Positions 1 to 7,968 of a stretch of DNA of 35,220 nt are shown here, piece after piece. This DNA is from Caldimonas sp. (GTDB lineage: Bacteria > Pseudomonadota > Gammaproteobacteria > Burkholderiales > Burkholderiaceae_C): NCBI GenBank assembly GCA_039935975.1, contig JBDTJD010000138.1:1-35220 (forward strand), given 5' to 3'. The stretch's first letter is position 1, and each line of letters starts with the position of its first letter. A program made the translations under genes and the position numbers. The notes beneath the pieces were generated by a model that searched no databases, was not told where the DNA came from, and saw only the letters and a program-made list of their open reading frames with translations.

Positions 1-396
1 GAGGGTCTGAACCCGCTCTGCGGCGACCACATCCACGTGGCCCTCGATCTCGCCGGCGACACGGTCGAGGCGATCGCGTTCCAGGGCGAATCGTGCGCCA
101 TCTGCAAGGCCTCGGCGTCGATGATGACGGTGGCGGTCAAGGGCAAGAGCCGCGACGATGCCGACAAGATGATCGACGAGTTCATCGCCATGGCCACCGG
201 GCGCCTCGTCCCGGAAAACGGTCGACTGATCGGCCGGCTCGCGGTCTTCTCCGGCATCAGCGAGCTGCCGATGCGGGTCAAGTGCGCGATCCTGCCCTGG
301 CACACGCTGCGAGCCGCGTTCGACGCCGTCGCGACGGCGTCCACCGAGGCCGATGCCGACCCGATGCCCACGGCGTCCGACGGCGGCTGGGCCTGA
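1..396 (+). CDS. sufU: SUF-system NifU/SufU-family Fe-S cluster scaffold / sulfur-transfer protein (5' truncated by window edge)
   Basis: Frame 1 is open from base 1: EGLNPLCGD...GESCAICKASASMM...RVKCAILPWHTL. This gives the three conserved Cys and the NPxCGD motif of SufU/IscU, with a long spacer between Cys2 and Cys3 as in SufU. Confidence 0.85.
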   Translation, partial: EGLNPLCGDHIHVALDLAGDTVEAIAFQGESCAICKASASMMTVAVKGKSRDDADKMIDEFIAMATGRLVPENGRLIGRLAVFSGISELPMRVKCAILPWHTLRAAFDAVATASTEADADPMPTASDGGWA

Positions 397-418
397 GGCC
401 GCTGCGCCAGGACACGCC

Positions 419-979
419 ATGCCCAAGATCGCGGACATCGAAGAGACGCCGAACCCGAACGCGCGCAAGTTCGTCCTGCACGAGCCGCTCACGTGGGGCG
501 TGTCGCGCTCGTTCGAGAACGCCGCGCAAGCCGAAGGCGACGAACTGGCGCGCGCTCTCTTCGCGATCGAGCACGTGACGAATGTCTTCTATGTCGACCG
601 CTGGCTCACGGTCACCCAGGACGGCGGCGCCGACTGGCAGCAGCTCGCACGGCAGATCGCCGTTCCGCTGCGCGCCGCGCCGGCGGCCAGCGAACAGTCG
701 GCCGCCGCGGTGGTTGCCGCGCAGGCGTCGTTCGACCACCTGAGCGAGCGCGACCAGGATCGTCTCGACGAGATCAACCTCCTGCTCGACCAGCAGATCA
801 GGCCCTATCTGCAGAGCGACGGCGGTGACCTTCATGTTCTCGGGCTGGAGGGCGACCGCCTCGTCGTCCACTACCAGGGCGCGTGCGGGAGCTGCCCGAG
901 CTCGATCTCGGGGACGCTCCAGGGCATCCAGAATCTCCTTCGCACCATCGAGCCGGAGATCGAAGTCGTCGCTGCCTAG
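419..979 (+). CDS. NifU/Nfu-family Fe-S carrier (Nfu_N + NifU C-terminal domain)
   Basis: The N-terminus MPKIADIEETPNPNARKF is typical of Nfu_N. The C-terminal IRPYLQSDGGD...YQGACGSCPSS carries the CxxC motif. ATG at 419 follows the sufU stop. Confidence 0.9.
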   Translation: MPKIADIEETPNPNARKFVLHEPLTWGVSRSFENAAQAEGDELARALFAIEHVTNVFYVDRWLTVTQDGGADWQQLARQIAVPLRAAPAASEQSAAAVVAAQASFDHLSERDQDRLDEINLLLDQQIRPYLQSDGGDLHVLGLEGDRLVVHYQGACGSCPSSISGTLQGIQNLLRTIEPEIEVVAA

Positions 980-1422
980 GAGCGGCTTTCGACAGCGATG
1001 TCGATCTTCCTGAATTGCCGCCGCATGGACGGCTCGTGGAGCAGATCGGCCAGGGTCACTTCGTTGAGGCTGGCGATGAAGGCCGCACTGGCGCGGTCCA
1101 GCGCCCCCTTCAGGGAGCACCCCGGAGTGAGGACGCAGTCGAGAGCGACGCAATCGACGATGCTGAGATCCTCTTCCATCGCGAGAATGACATCGCCGAT
1201 CCGGATCGCGCCCGCCGCACGGCCGAGCATCAGACCGCCGCCGCGGCCGCGGAAGGTATCAAGATACCCCAGCCTGGACAGCTTGTGAACCACTTTGCGA
1301 AGGTGCTCGAGAGAGATCCGGTGCACGGCAGCGATCTCGCCCATGGTGCAGACGCGATCGCCGTGCCTGCCCACGAACAGCAGAACGCGCAAGGAGTAGT
1401 CGGTGAATCGGGTCAGTTGCAT
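976..1422 (-). CDS. nsrR: Rrf2-family NO-sensing transcriptional repressor NsrR
   Basis: MQLTRFTDYSLRVLL...HLRKVVHKLSRLGYLDTFRGRGGGLML and three C-terminal Cys (VDCVALDCVLTPGCSLKGAL). The TxFTDYSLR start is NsrR-like rather than IscR-like. Confidence 0.85.
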   Translation of the reverse strand: MQLTRFTDYSLRVLLFVGRHGDRVCTMGEIAAVHRISLEHLRKVVHKLSRLGYLDTFRGRGGGLMLGRAAGAIRIGDVILAMEEDLSIVDCVALDCVLTPGCSLKGALDRASAAFIASLNEVTLADLLHEPSMRRQFRKIDIAVESRS

Positions 1423-1485
1423 GGGTGATGCCGCGCGAGAGCCATCGGCTGCGCTTCGAGTCTAGCTGCCGCGACACGCAACACC

Positions 1486-2079
1486 CTAGACCGCGGGCGA
1501 CTCGCGAAGGGAATCGAAGCGTCCCCAGAGAAGCTTGCCGGCGATGGCGAGAAACAGTGCTGCGCCGATCAGCAGCATGAGCTGTCCGAGCAACTGTTGA
1601 TCGTCGAGCAGGTAGTTGTTGCACAAGCGCTCGGGCCAGATCAGATAGAGCCAGCCAAGGCGAAAGAACGTGGCGATGAATTCGACCAGGAAGAGGCCTC
1701 TGACGATGAAATTCATGTGTGCCCAGCCCAGCGAGATCGGCATTCCGATCAGCAGCGGCACGGTCAGATACTTGAACCCATTCAGAAGCGGATCGGTCAC
1801 CGATGCATCGAGCGTTCGCGGCAGCATCCAGTAGGCGCTGGCAACGCTCGCGAGCACCAGCCCCGTGACGCCGTGATGGTTCCAGTCGGCGACCAGCGCC
1901 CGGGCGCGCGTCGGAACCGCCTTCGCCAGCAGCCAGCCGACGCCGACGAGCAACGGCATCTGCAGCAGCATCTGCGCGGTCATGCTCGCTTCGAGAGTGT
2001 GCTTGACGGGCGGTGCGATCAGCACGAGCAGCGCCAGTAGCGCGATGCCGGCGTGACGCCGCCGCGTCGGGCTGCTCAT
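1486..2079 (-). CDS. CtaG/caa3-assembly-like integral membrane protein (equivalent to 'orf1' of norSY-senC clusters)
   Basis: ATG at 2079 overlaps the SCO stop (TGATG). About 5-6 hydrophobic segments. LEASMTAQMLLQMPLL, YWMLPRTLD and LCNNYLLDDQQLLG resemble Caa3_CtaG-type motifs. Confidence 0.6.
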   Translation of the reverse strand: MSSPTRRRHAGIALLALLVLIAPPVKHTLEASMTAQMLLQMPLLVGVGWLLAKAVPTRARALVADWNHHGVTGLVLASVASAYWMLPRTLDASVTDPLLNGFKYLTVPLLIGMPISLGWAHMNFIVRGLFLVEFIATFFRLGWLYLIWPERLCNNYLLDDQQLLGQLMLLIGAALFLAIAGKLLWGRFDSLRESPAV

Positions 2080-2720
2080 CACTCGAGCCGGCGCAGAACC
2101 GCTTGCCCGACGAGCGCCGGGTCGCCCAGGTCGAATATCTCTACCAGTCGTCCGCCCGGATCGACGAGATGGATGGCGGCGTTGTGCGTGTAGCCCCCCG
2201 ACTTGTCGGCCACGACGGTGATGCCGAAGGCGCGCTCGAGGCGTTCGAGGCCACCGCTTCCCGCGACCGGTCGGCCTGCGAGCCAGCCGGGTCGGCCGGC
2301 CTGGCCCTGCTCGTGATCGCGGCTGCCCGAGCGTTGCAGGTATGCCGCCAGCCGCTCCGGCGTGTCGTGGTCCGGATCGAAACTGATGCTGAGAAGCTGC
2401 ACCTTGCCTTGCGCGATCGGAGCGGCGAGGCGGTCCTGCAATTGCGCGAACTCGCCTCCCAGCGCCAGGCAGTAGGTCGGGCATCGGGTGTAGATGAAAT
2501 CGACCAGTAGCCAGCTCCCGCGCAATGCGGCGAAATTGATGTGTGCGCCGGACTGGGTCTCCAGCGCGACCTGCGGAACCTCGATCGGCTGGCGGAGCAC
2601 TTCGAGGCGGCGCGCCGCTTCGGTCGTGAAGGCCTGGAACCGGTCGGTGGCCGCGCCGAGCACGGCGATGCCGGCCACAAGCAACGCCAGGCTAGCCAGC
2701 AGCGCGCGCAGGATCGACAT
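2079..2720 (-). CDS. senC: SCO1/SenC copper chaperone
   Basis: N-terminal membrane anchor, DFIYTRCPTYC (CxxxC), SISFDPDHDT and the distal His in GYTHNAAIHLVDP. Confidence 0.9.
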   Translation of the reverse strand: MSILRALLASLALLVAGIAVLGAATDRFQAFTTEAARRLEVLRQPIEVPQVALETQSGAHINFAALRGSWLLVDFIYTRCPTYCLALGGEFAQLQDRLAAPIAQGKVQLLSISFDPDHDTPERLAAYLQRSGSRDHEQGQAGRPGWLAGRPVAGSGGLERLERAFGITVVADKSGGYTHNAAIHLVDPGGRLVEIFDLGDPALVGQAVLRRLE

Positions 2721-4182
2721 TGACGGGCGACCGCAACAGTCCGACAACGATGTGAATGCTGAACATGAGCATCGCCGCGATCACCAAGGCCGCACCCACG
2801 GCTCCGACCCGGTCATAAGCGAGCCATTGGGGCAGGTGCACCGCGAAGCGTCGCGGCGTGCTGATATGGCCGGCGGCAAGGAACGCGAAGACGAAGATCA
2901 GGCCACCGAAGACGTACAGCGGGAAACTCAGCTTGTCGCTGGTGCGCTCGGGCGTGCGCTGGCCGATCACGTGGAACATCAGCGCCAGCACCATCGGCAG
3001 CACGCCGAGCAGGAGATAGAAGTGAAAGTGCCCCGGCACCCATTGCGTGTTGTGCATCAGTCGGTTGACCCCGATGGTGCCGTCGATGATGGCGGGCACG
3101 ATTCCGGCGGCCCAGCCGAACATCGACAGCATCAGGAGCTTGGCCGGCATGCTCCAGCGCATGCCGGAGTGATACACATTGGTCAGGGCGCCGTACGCTG
3201 TCACGGTGAACACCGGCAGGCCGGCGCAATAGGAAATGATCTGGCCCATCACGAGCATCCAGAACGGCATCGCATAGTCCATGAGCAGGTGGTGCGGATA
3301 GACGATCAGCACCATCACCATGCTCGACGCCCATGACCACAGGAACGCACGGGATATCGGATAGGGCCGTCCGCTGTAGCGAGGCAGCAGCTCGTAGACG
3401 GCGATCACGCCCATGTAGATGCTGGCATTGATGAACATGTGGCCGAACAGGAAGATCAGGTTCTTGACGACGAGCGCGTTCAAGCCGATCGACGGGAAAT
3501 AGATGTTGATCAGGCACATCACCAGCACGACGGCGCCGGCGAGGATGCCCAGGGAGTTCGTGATCGCCACCATCGTGCTCGCGACCACGGTCTTCGGGTG
3601 CGATTTGTCGATCTCTCCGCCGAAAAGCCACTGCAGGCCGAGCGCACGACCGAGGTTGCCGTAGACCCGGATGATGGCGCGCATCGCATCCAGATAGAAC
3701 AGCAGGAAACCGACGCCGATCAGCAGATAGCCGAGCATGAAGAGCGCCGCCGCATTGACGCTCCACACATTCATCGAATGCACTGGCAGCGGATAGAGGA
3801 ACGTCCAGGCGCCGGCGTATCTGCCGAGGAAGACGGCCGCGAGAATGGCGACCGCGCCGAGCATGAAAAGGACATAGTTCGCGGTGAACAGCGCGAGGCT
3901 GAGGCTCACGTACTTGCGCAGGAAGAACCACATCACCGCGCTCGACGCGAGGCCGATGGTGCCGACCATCGCGGCGCCGTGCGCTGTCATCACCTGATAG
4001 AAAAGGTCGGTCGGAATGTCGAGCCAGGTGCTCTGGGCCAGACGCATCGTCACGCCGAGCAACATCATCAGCACGATTACCGTCAGCGCCGAGATGACAT
4101 AGAGGTTCAGGACCGCGCGCTCGGGGCGGCTCAGGGCTTCGTTGGCCGGATGCAGCACATCCTCGGATTGATGCGCGCTCAT
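2692..4182 (-). CDS. norY: Heme-copper oxidoreductase subunit I, probable sNOR-type nitric oxide reductase catalytic subunit (NorY)
   Basis: About 12 TM helices and six conserved His: MTAHG (helix II), FGHMFIN (helix VI), YPHHLLMD (helix VII), WVPGHFH (helix X). PRR is present near the C-terminus. The helix VI His+4 residue is Asn, not Tyr. Family assignment is confident; the norY name is inferred. Confidence 0.8.
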   Translation of the reverse strand: MSAHQSEDVLHPANEALSRPERAVLNLYVISALTVIVLMMLLGVTMRLAQSTWLDIPTDLFYQVMTAHGAAMVGTIGLASSAVMWFFLRKYVSLSLALFTANYVLFMLGAVAILAAVFLGRYAGAWTFLYPLPVHSMNVWSVNAAALFMLGYLLIGVGFLLFYLDAMRAIIRVYGNLGRALGLQWLFGGEIDKSHPKTVVASTMVAITNSLGILAGAVVLVMCLINIYFPSIGLNALVVKNLIFLFGHMFINASIYMGVIAVYELLPRYSGRPYPISRAFLWSWASSMVMVLIVYPHHLLMDYAMPFWMLVMGQIISYCAGLPVFTVTAYGALTNVYHSGMRWSMPAKLLMLSMFGWAAGIVPAIIDGTIGVNRLMHNTQWVPGHFHFYLLLGVLPMVLALMFHVIGQRTPERTSDKLSFPLYVFGGLIFVFAFLAAGHISTPRRFAVHLPQWLAYDRVGAVGAALVIAAMLMFSIHIVVGLLRSPVNVDPARAAG

Positions 4183-4724
4183 GGTCGACCTCCCGTCCCA
4201 GCGGCAATGACCTCGAATTCGGCCACCATCGCGTGATGGGCGAGGCCGCAGTATTCAAGACACATCACCCGGTATGTGCCGGCCTGGTCGAACGTGTAGA
4301 TCAGCCGGTTCGTGAAACCGGGCATCGCCTGCGTCTGCGTCAGGATTCGGTCATTGGGGCCATAGACGGCGAAGCCGTGGTTGACATCGAGGCTGGTGAC
4401 GTTGAACTGGACGGGCGTGCCGGCCTTCACCTGGTTCTGGCTCAGTTCCCATGACCATTGGCGCCCGACCGCATTGACGATCTGCGCGGTTTGCGATTGC
4501 GCCCGCTGGTCGCTCAACGGGAACGGATTCAAGGTGGCGTAGGCGACGGTCACGCCGAGCAGGATCAACGCGCCGAACCACCATCGTCGAATGGCGTAAG
4601 CCTTGCGGGTGATCTGTTCCGAATCGGCCTGCTTGCCCGTGTGGGCGATGACGTAGATGAACGTCAGGGCGACCACCCCGATCCCTGCCAGCGTGAAAAT
4701 CCAGACCGCATCTTGCGTCAGCAT
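4179..4724 (-). CDS. norS: Heme-copper oxidoreductase subunit II with CuA centre (probable NorS)
   Basis: Two N-terminal TM helices, GRQWSW, DVNHGF, QAMPG and the CuA motif CLEYCGLAHHAM. GGAGG RBS before the ATG. ATGA overlap with subunit I. Confidence 0.85.
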   Translation of the reverse strand: MLTQDAVWIFTLAGIGVVALTFIYVIAHTGKQADSEQITRKAYAIRRWWFGALILLGVTVAYATLNPFPLSDQRAQSQTAQIVNAVGRQWSWELSQNQVKAGTPVQFNVTSLDVNHGFAVYGPNDRILTQTQAMPGFTNRLIYTFDQAGTYRVMCLEYCGLAHHAMVAEFEVIAAGTGGRP

Positions 4725-4741
4725 GGTGGTCCTCCGCGATT

Positions 4742-4764
4742 AACATGTATTTCGGGCACATGTA
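4742..4764. promoter_or_regulatory. Candidate NsrR operator
   Basis: AACATGTATTTCGGGCACATGTA aligns to the proteobacterial NsrR consensus AAGATGYATTTnAAATRCATCTT with correct ATG...CAT spacing (left half 10/11, right half 5/11). It lies 18-40 nt upstream of the norS ATG. Confidence 0.65.
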
Positions 4765-4792
4765 ATGTCGGCACCGGCTGGGAGACTGTCAA
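4764..4792 (-). promoter_or_regulatory. Sigma70-type promoter for the norS operon
   Basis: Perfect TTGACA (4792-4787), 17-nt spacer, then GACATT (4769-4764) on the minus strand. Confidence 0.6.
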
Positions 4793-5057
4793 ACCCGTGT
4801 AAACCCACCCCGGCGCGGCTTGCGGACGCCTGGCCGGTGCTCGATGCGCCGTGAGGTGTCGATGCTTGCCGACACCGGCGCAACCGTGGTCAGCCGATGA
4901 CCGTCGCATCCAAGCCGCGCCCGCGCGCCTGCCGTTTTCGCTATCTCGATCCTCGCCCCGGGGCGCCTCACTTTCGGGCGATCCAGTACCGATTGGCGGC
5001 GGCGACGGGCGGCGAAGGTGATCGCGATGACGTGCGAGGCCGTTGTCACCAGACGAG

Positions 5058-5414
5058 TCAGGCGACGGTGTGGCCGTGCTTGCTCGCGAACTGGTTCATC
5101 GCGTCGAGCGCTAGGTTCGAGTGCGCGTAGGCCGCGCCGGCCCGCATTTCGGCGGCCACCCAGATCGCTTCCATCACTTCCTGTGGGGTCGCACCCTTTC
5201 GCAGTGCTCGCTCGGTATGGCCACGGATGCAATACGGGCATTGCGTGACGTGAGCGGCAGCGACGGCGATCAACTCCTTGATCTTTCCCGGCAGCGCGCC
5301 GTCGGCAAAGACGCTTTCACCGAATGCCTTGAAAGCCGCCGAGGTCGCAGGCGTCAGTTCCTGGCGCTGGCGGTGCAACTCCCTCGAGGCTTCGGGGTAC
5401 AGCGGGTCTTCCAT
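5058..5414 (-). CDS. Carboxymuconolactone decarboxylase / AhpD-like protein
   Basis: DGALPGKIKELIAVAAAHVTQCPYCIRGH...GATPQEVMEAIWVAAEMRAG. AGGAG RBS before ATG 5414. Confidence 0.88.
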   Translation of the reverse strand: MEDPLYPEASRELHRQRQELTPATSAAFKAFGESVFADGALPGKIKELIAVAAAHVTQCPYCIRGHTERALRKGATPQEVMEAIWVAAEMRAGAAYAHSNLALDAMNQFASKHGHTVA

Positions 5415-5442
5415 GATCGGCTCCTGGTTGAAAGGGATGCGG

Positions 5443-6984
5443 TCACGCCGTCTCGGCGAGCGCGCGCTCGAACTCGACCTCGCTGCGCAGACCTTCGAGG
5501 TCCCGATGCACGACTGCGACGGCGAGCTTCCTGCCGTCGCGCCAGTACGAGAGCGTGCAGTCTCGCGTCTCGAGGCTGCCATCGATCCGGACCGCGTCGA
5601 AGCGTTCGGCATGGCCGACATAGGCCAGGCTGAAGTCGTACTGCTCGGTCCAGAAGAACGGCACCATGTCGAACGCCTCGCGGCGCCCCAGCATGTTGCG
5701 CGCTGCGACCTGTCCCTGACGCTCCGCCACCACCCAGTGCTCGACGCGGATCGGCTCGCCGCCTAGCCGGTCGGGCCAGCGCGCAATGTCGCCGGCGGCG
5801 TAGATGCCCGGGACACTGGTCGCCAGGTACCTGTCGACGCTGACGCCGCGGTCGATGGCGAGGCCCGCCTGCTCCGCGAGAGCGAGCGCGGGGCGAACGC
5901 CGATGCCGACGACGACCAGGTCAGCGCGAAGGGTTTCGCCGTTCGCCAGCGTCACCGCGTGCTCGTCGATGCCGACCGCGGTCGTCCCGAGATGAAACGT
6001 GACGCCGTGGTCCTCGTGGAGCGTGCGCAGGAACGTCCCGACCTCGGTGCCGAGGACGCGCTCCATGAGAGCGGTTTCGCGGCCGACGACGTGCACCTCG
6101 AGGTTTCGGGCCCTCAGCGACGCCGCGACTTCCAGGCCGATGAAGCTGGCGCCGATCACCACCGCGCGGCGCGCCGTGGTGGCCGCCGCGACCAGGGCGC
6201 GAGCGTCGGTCCAGGTGCGCAGGCAGTGCACGTGGCGCAGTTCGCCACCGGGAATGTCGAGACGCACCGGATCGGCGCCCGTGGCGAGCAGGAGCGCATC
6301 GAAGTCGTGGTGGCTGCCGTCGTCGAGTCGTACGCAGCGGTTCACCGTGTCGACGAGGACGACGCGCGAGTTCAGCCTGAGATCGATTCGCTGTTGCTGG
6401 TAGAACTCGGCGGATCGAAGCGGAATCCAGTCGTCGGCTGCGCTGCCGGCGAGAAAGTTCTTGGAGAGATTCGGGCGATCGCATGGCAGCGAGTCGTCGG
6501 CGCTCAGCACCGTGACCGTGCCTTCGAAGTGCTCGCGCCGAAGCATCTCCGCCGCCGCGTTGCCCGCGGCCCCTCCGCCGACGATGACGATCGACTTGGG
6601 CGCCGAAAACGCTCCGCTCGCAATCCGTGGGGTTGGCCCGGGCTCGATCTTGGCGCCGACGTAGATGTGGTCGTTGCGTTGCTCGACGTGCCAGCATGCC
6701 ACCGGATCGAGGGCGGGCGCACGCAGCGCCTCGCCGGTGCGCAGGCTGAAGCAGGCGTGATGCCAGGGGCAGCGGACCGTGTCGCCGTCCACCAGGCCTT
6801 CGGCGAGCGGGCCGCCGTAGTGCGTGCAAAGGGCGCCGATCGCGAACAACTCGCCGCGACGCCGGACCACGATCACCTGCTCGCCCTGCGAGTGGCCGAG
6901 CAGCGGAGTGCCCTCGAGCGCGTCGGACGCGCGAACGCCCTTTTCGAAATCCGGACCGACGAGCTCGTTGTTCGCTTCACTCAT
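5443..6984 (-). CDS. Rieske [2Fe-2S] ferredoxin fused to FAD/NAD(P)H ferredoxin reductase (AIF-like)
   Basis: Rieske motifs CTHYGG...CPWHHACF, FAD-binding GGGAAG, NAD-binding GASFIGLE, AAGD, RVEHW and VPFFW. Confidence 0.92.
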   Translation of the reverse strand: MSEANNELVGPDFEKGVRASDALEGTPLLGHSQGEQVIVVRRRGELFAIGALCTHYGGPLAEGLVDGDTVRCPWHHACFSLRTGEALRAPALDPVACWHVEQRNDHIYVGAKIEPGPTPRIASGAFSAPKSIVIVGGGAAGNAAAEMLRREHFEGTVTVLSADDSLPCDRPNLSKNFLAGSAADDWIPLRSAEFYQQQRIDLRLNSRVVLVDTVNRCVRLDDGSHHDFDALLLATGADPVRLDIPGGELRHVHCLRTWTDARALVAAATTARRAVVIGASFIGLEVAASLRARNLEVHVVGRETALMERVLGTEVGTFLRTLHEDHGVTFHLGTTAVGIDEHAVTLANGETLRADLVVVGIGVRPALALAEQAGLAIDRGVSVDRYLATSVPGIYAAGDIARWPDRLGGEPIRVEHWVVAERQGQVAARNMLGRREAFDMVPFFWTEQYDFSLAYVGHAERFDAVRIDGSLETRDCTLSYWRDGRKLAVAVVHRDLEGLRSEVEFERALAETA

Positions 6985-7008
6985 GACAATCTCGGGAACG
7001 TGAAGACG

Positions 7009-7368
7009 CTACTTCACGTTCAACGTCCCCTTCATGTTTGGATGAAAGGTGCAGGTATAGGCGAATTCGCCGACTCGCAGCGGCTTGAATTTCCACGACC
7101 CTCCGGCAGCAATGCTTTTCGAGTCGAAGGTCCCGGCGGCCGTCACCGTGTGCGGAAAGGGATCTTCGTTGATCCACACGACGGTGTCGCCACGCTTCAC
7201 CGTCACCACCTGCGGCGCATAGCTCGTCGATTTGATGACGACGGTATGGGTCGCGGGTTTTGCGGTGGCCGACCCTTGGCCGCCCGCTTCGGCAGGGCCG
7301 ACCACGCCGACGGCCAGCAGGAGCAGCCACAGCGGGAATGAGCCGGCGGACCGCCGCGTGGTGTTCAT
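7009..7368 (-). CDS. Periplasmic type-1 blue-copper cupredoxin (amicyanin/plastocyanin-like)
   Basis: Signal peptide, VKRGDTVVWIN, PHTVT and YTCTFHPNM, giving the His/Cys/His/Met ligand set. Confidence 0.88.
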   Translation of the reverse strand: MNTTRRSAGSFPLWLLLLAVGVVGPAEAGGQGSATAKPATHTVVIKSTSYAPQVVTVKRGDTVVWINEDPFPHTVTAAGTFDSKSIAAGGSWKFKPLRVGEFAYTCTFHPNMKGTLNVK

Positions 7369-7378
7369 GGACGTGACG

Positions 7379-7900
7379 TCACTTCTTGGCAAGCGTGGCC
7401 TGGATCTGCTTGGCGTGCTCCAGATGGCCGACGAAGGCCGGACGGACGGACACCAGCAGCGCCTTCAGCTCTGCGTTGTGGGCGCTCGGAATGAGAGTCT
7501 TGTCGATCGCGTCGATGACCTGCGCGTGATAGGCGACCTCATGCTCGATGTAGGCCTTGTCGAAGGCCGCGCCCTTGAGCATGCGCAGGGCCTTGAGGTT
7601 GTCTTCGCCGCCCTTCTTGAGGCTCTGGCTCGTCGGGTTGTCCTCCGGCACGACCTTGAGCTTGGTGACCAGCGCCACCGCTTGCTGGTTGACGCCGGTG
7701 TGGTCGGTGATCATCTGGCGGGCGAAGGCTTTGACCGCGTCGGCGTGGGCGTCGGACACTGCAAGCTTGCCCGCGTCGATGTCGACCTGATTCGCGGTGA
7801 CGACGATCGACGCGATTTGCGCGTCGCTGGGCGCCTGTGCGCTGGCCGCCGTCGTAGCAGCGAGCAGCAGGGCTGCAAAGGTGATTCGGAACAGTTTCAT
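7379..7900 (-). CDS. DUF4142 periplasmic ferritin-like protein
   Basis: Signal peptide MKLFRITFAALLLA...ASAQA, then SDAQIA...VKAFARQMITDH...FDKAYIEHEVAYH...HLEHAK. GGAG RBS. Confidence 0.85.
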   Translation of the reverse strand: MKLFRITFAALLLAATTAASAQAPSDAQIASIVVTANQVDIDAGKLAVSDAHADAVKAFARQMITDHTGVNQQAVALVTKLKVVPEDNPTSQSLKKGGEDNLKALRMLKGAAFDKAYIEHEVAYHAQVIDAIDKTLIPSAHNAELKALLVSVRPAFVGHLEHAKQIQATLAKK

Positions 7901-7968
7901 GGTCGACTCCGGGTTAGTTCGTGGGGGTGTCGGGAGGCCGCCGGCGTGGTGCGCGCGGGGCCCGTCCA

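Noticed and set aside
976-1422. IscR/SufR regulator of the adjacent Fe-S operon
   Set aside because: The N-terminal motif is NsrR-type (LTRFTDYSLR) rather than IscR-type (LTTKGRYAV), and the gene is convergent with the Fe-S genes.
2692-4724. Ordinary aa3/ba3/cbb3 cytochrome c oxidase
   Set aside because: Helix VI lacks the HPxVY Tyr (it reads HMFIN). There is no subunit III, ctaB or ccoOP, and the nsrR context favours a NOR.
4791-4806. AAACCC-N4-AAACCC direct repeat next to the norS -35 as an activator site
   Set aside because: It is too short to distinguish from chance and does not match the FNR/DNR consensus TTGAT-N4-ATCAA.
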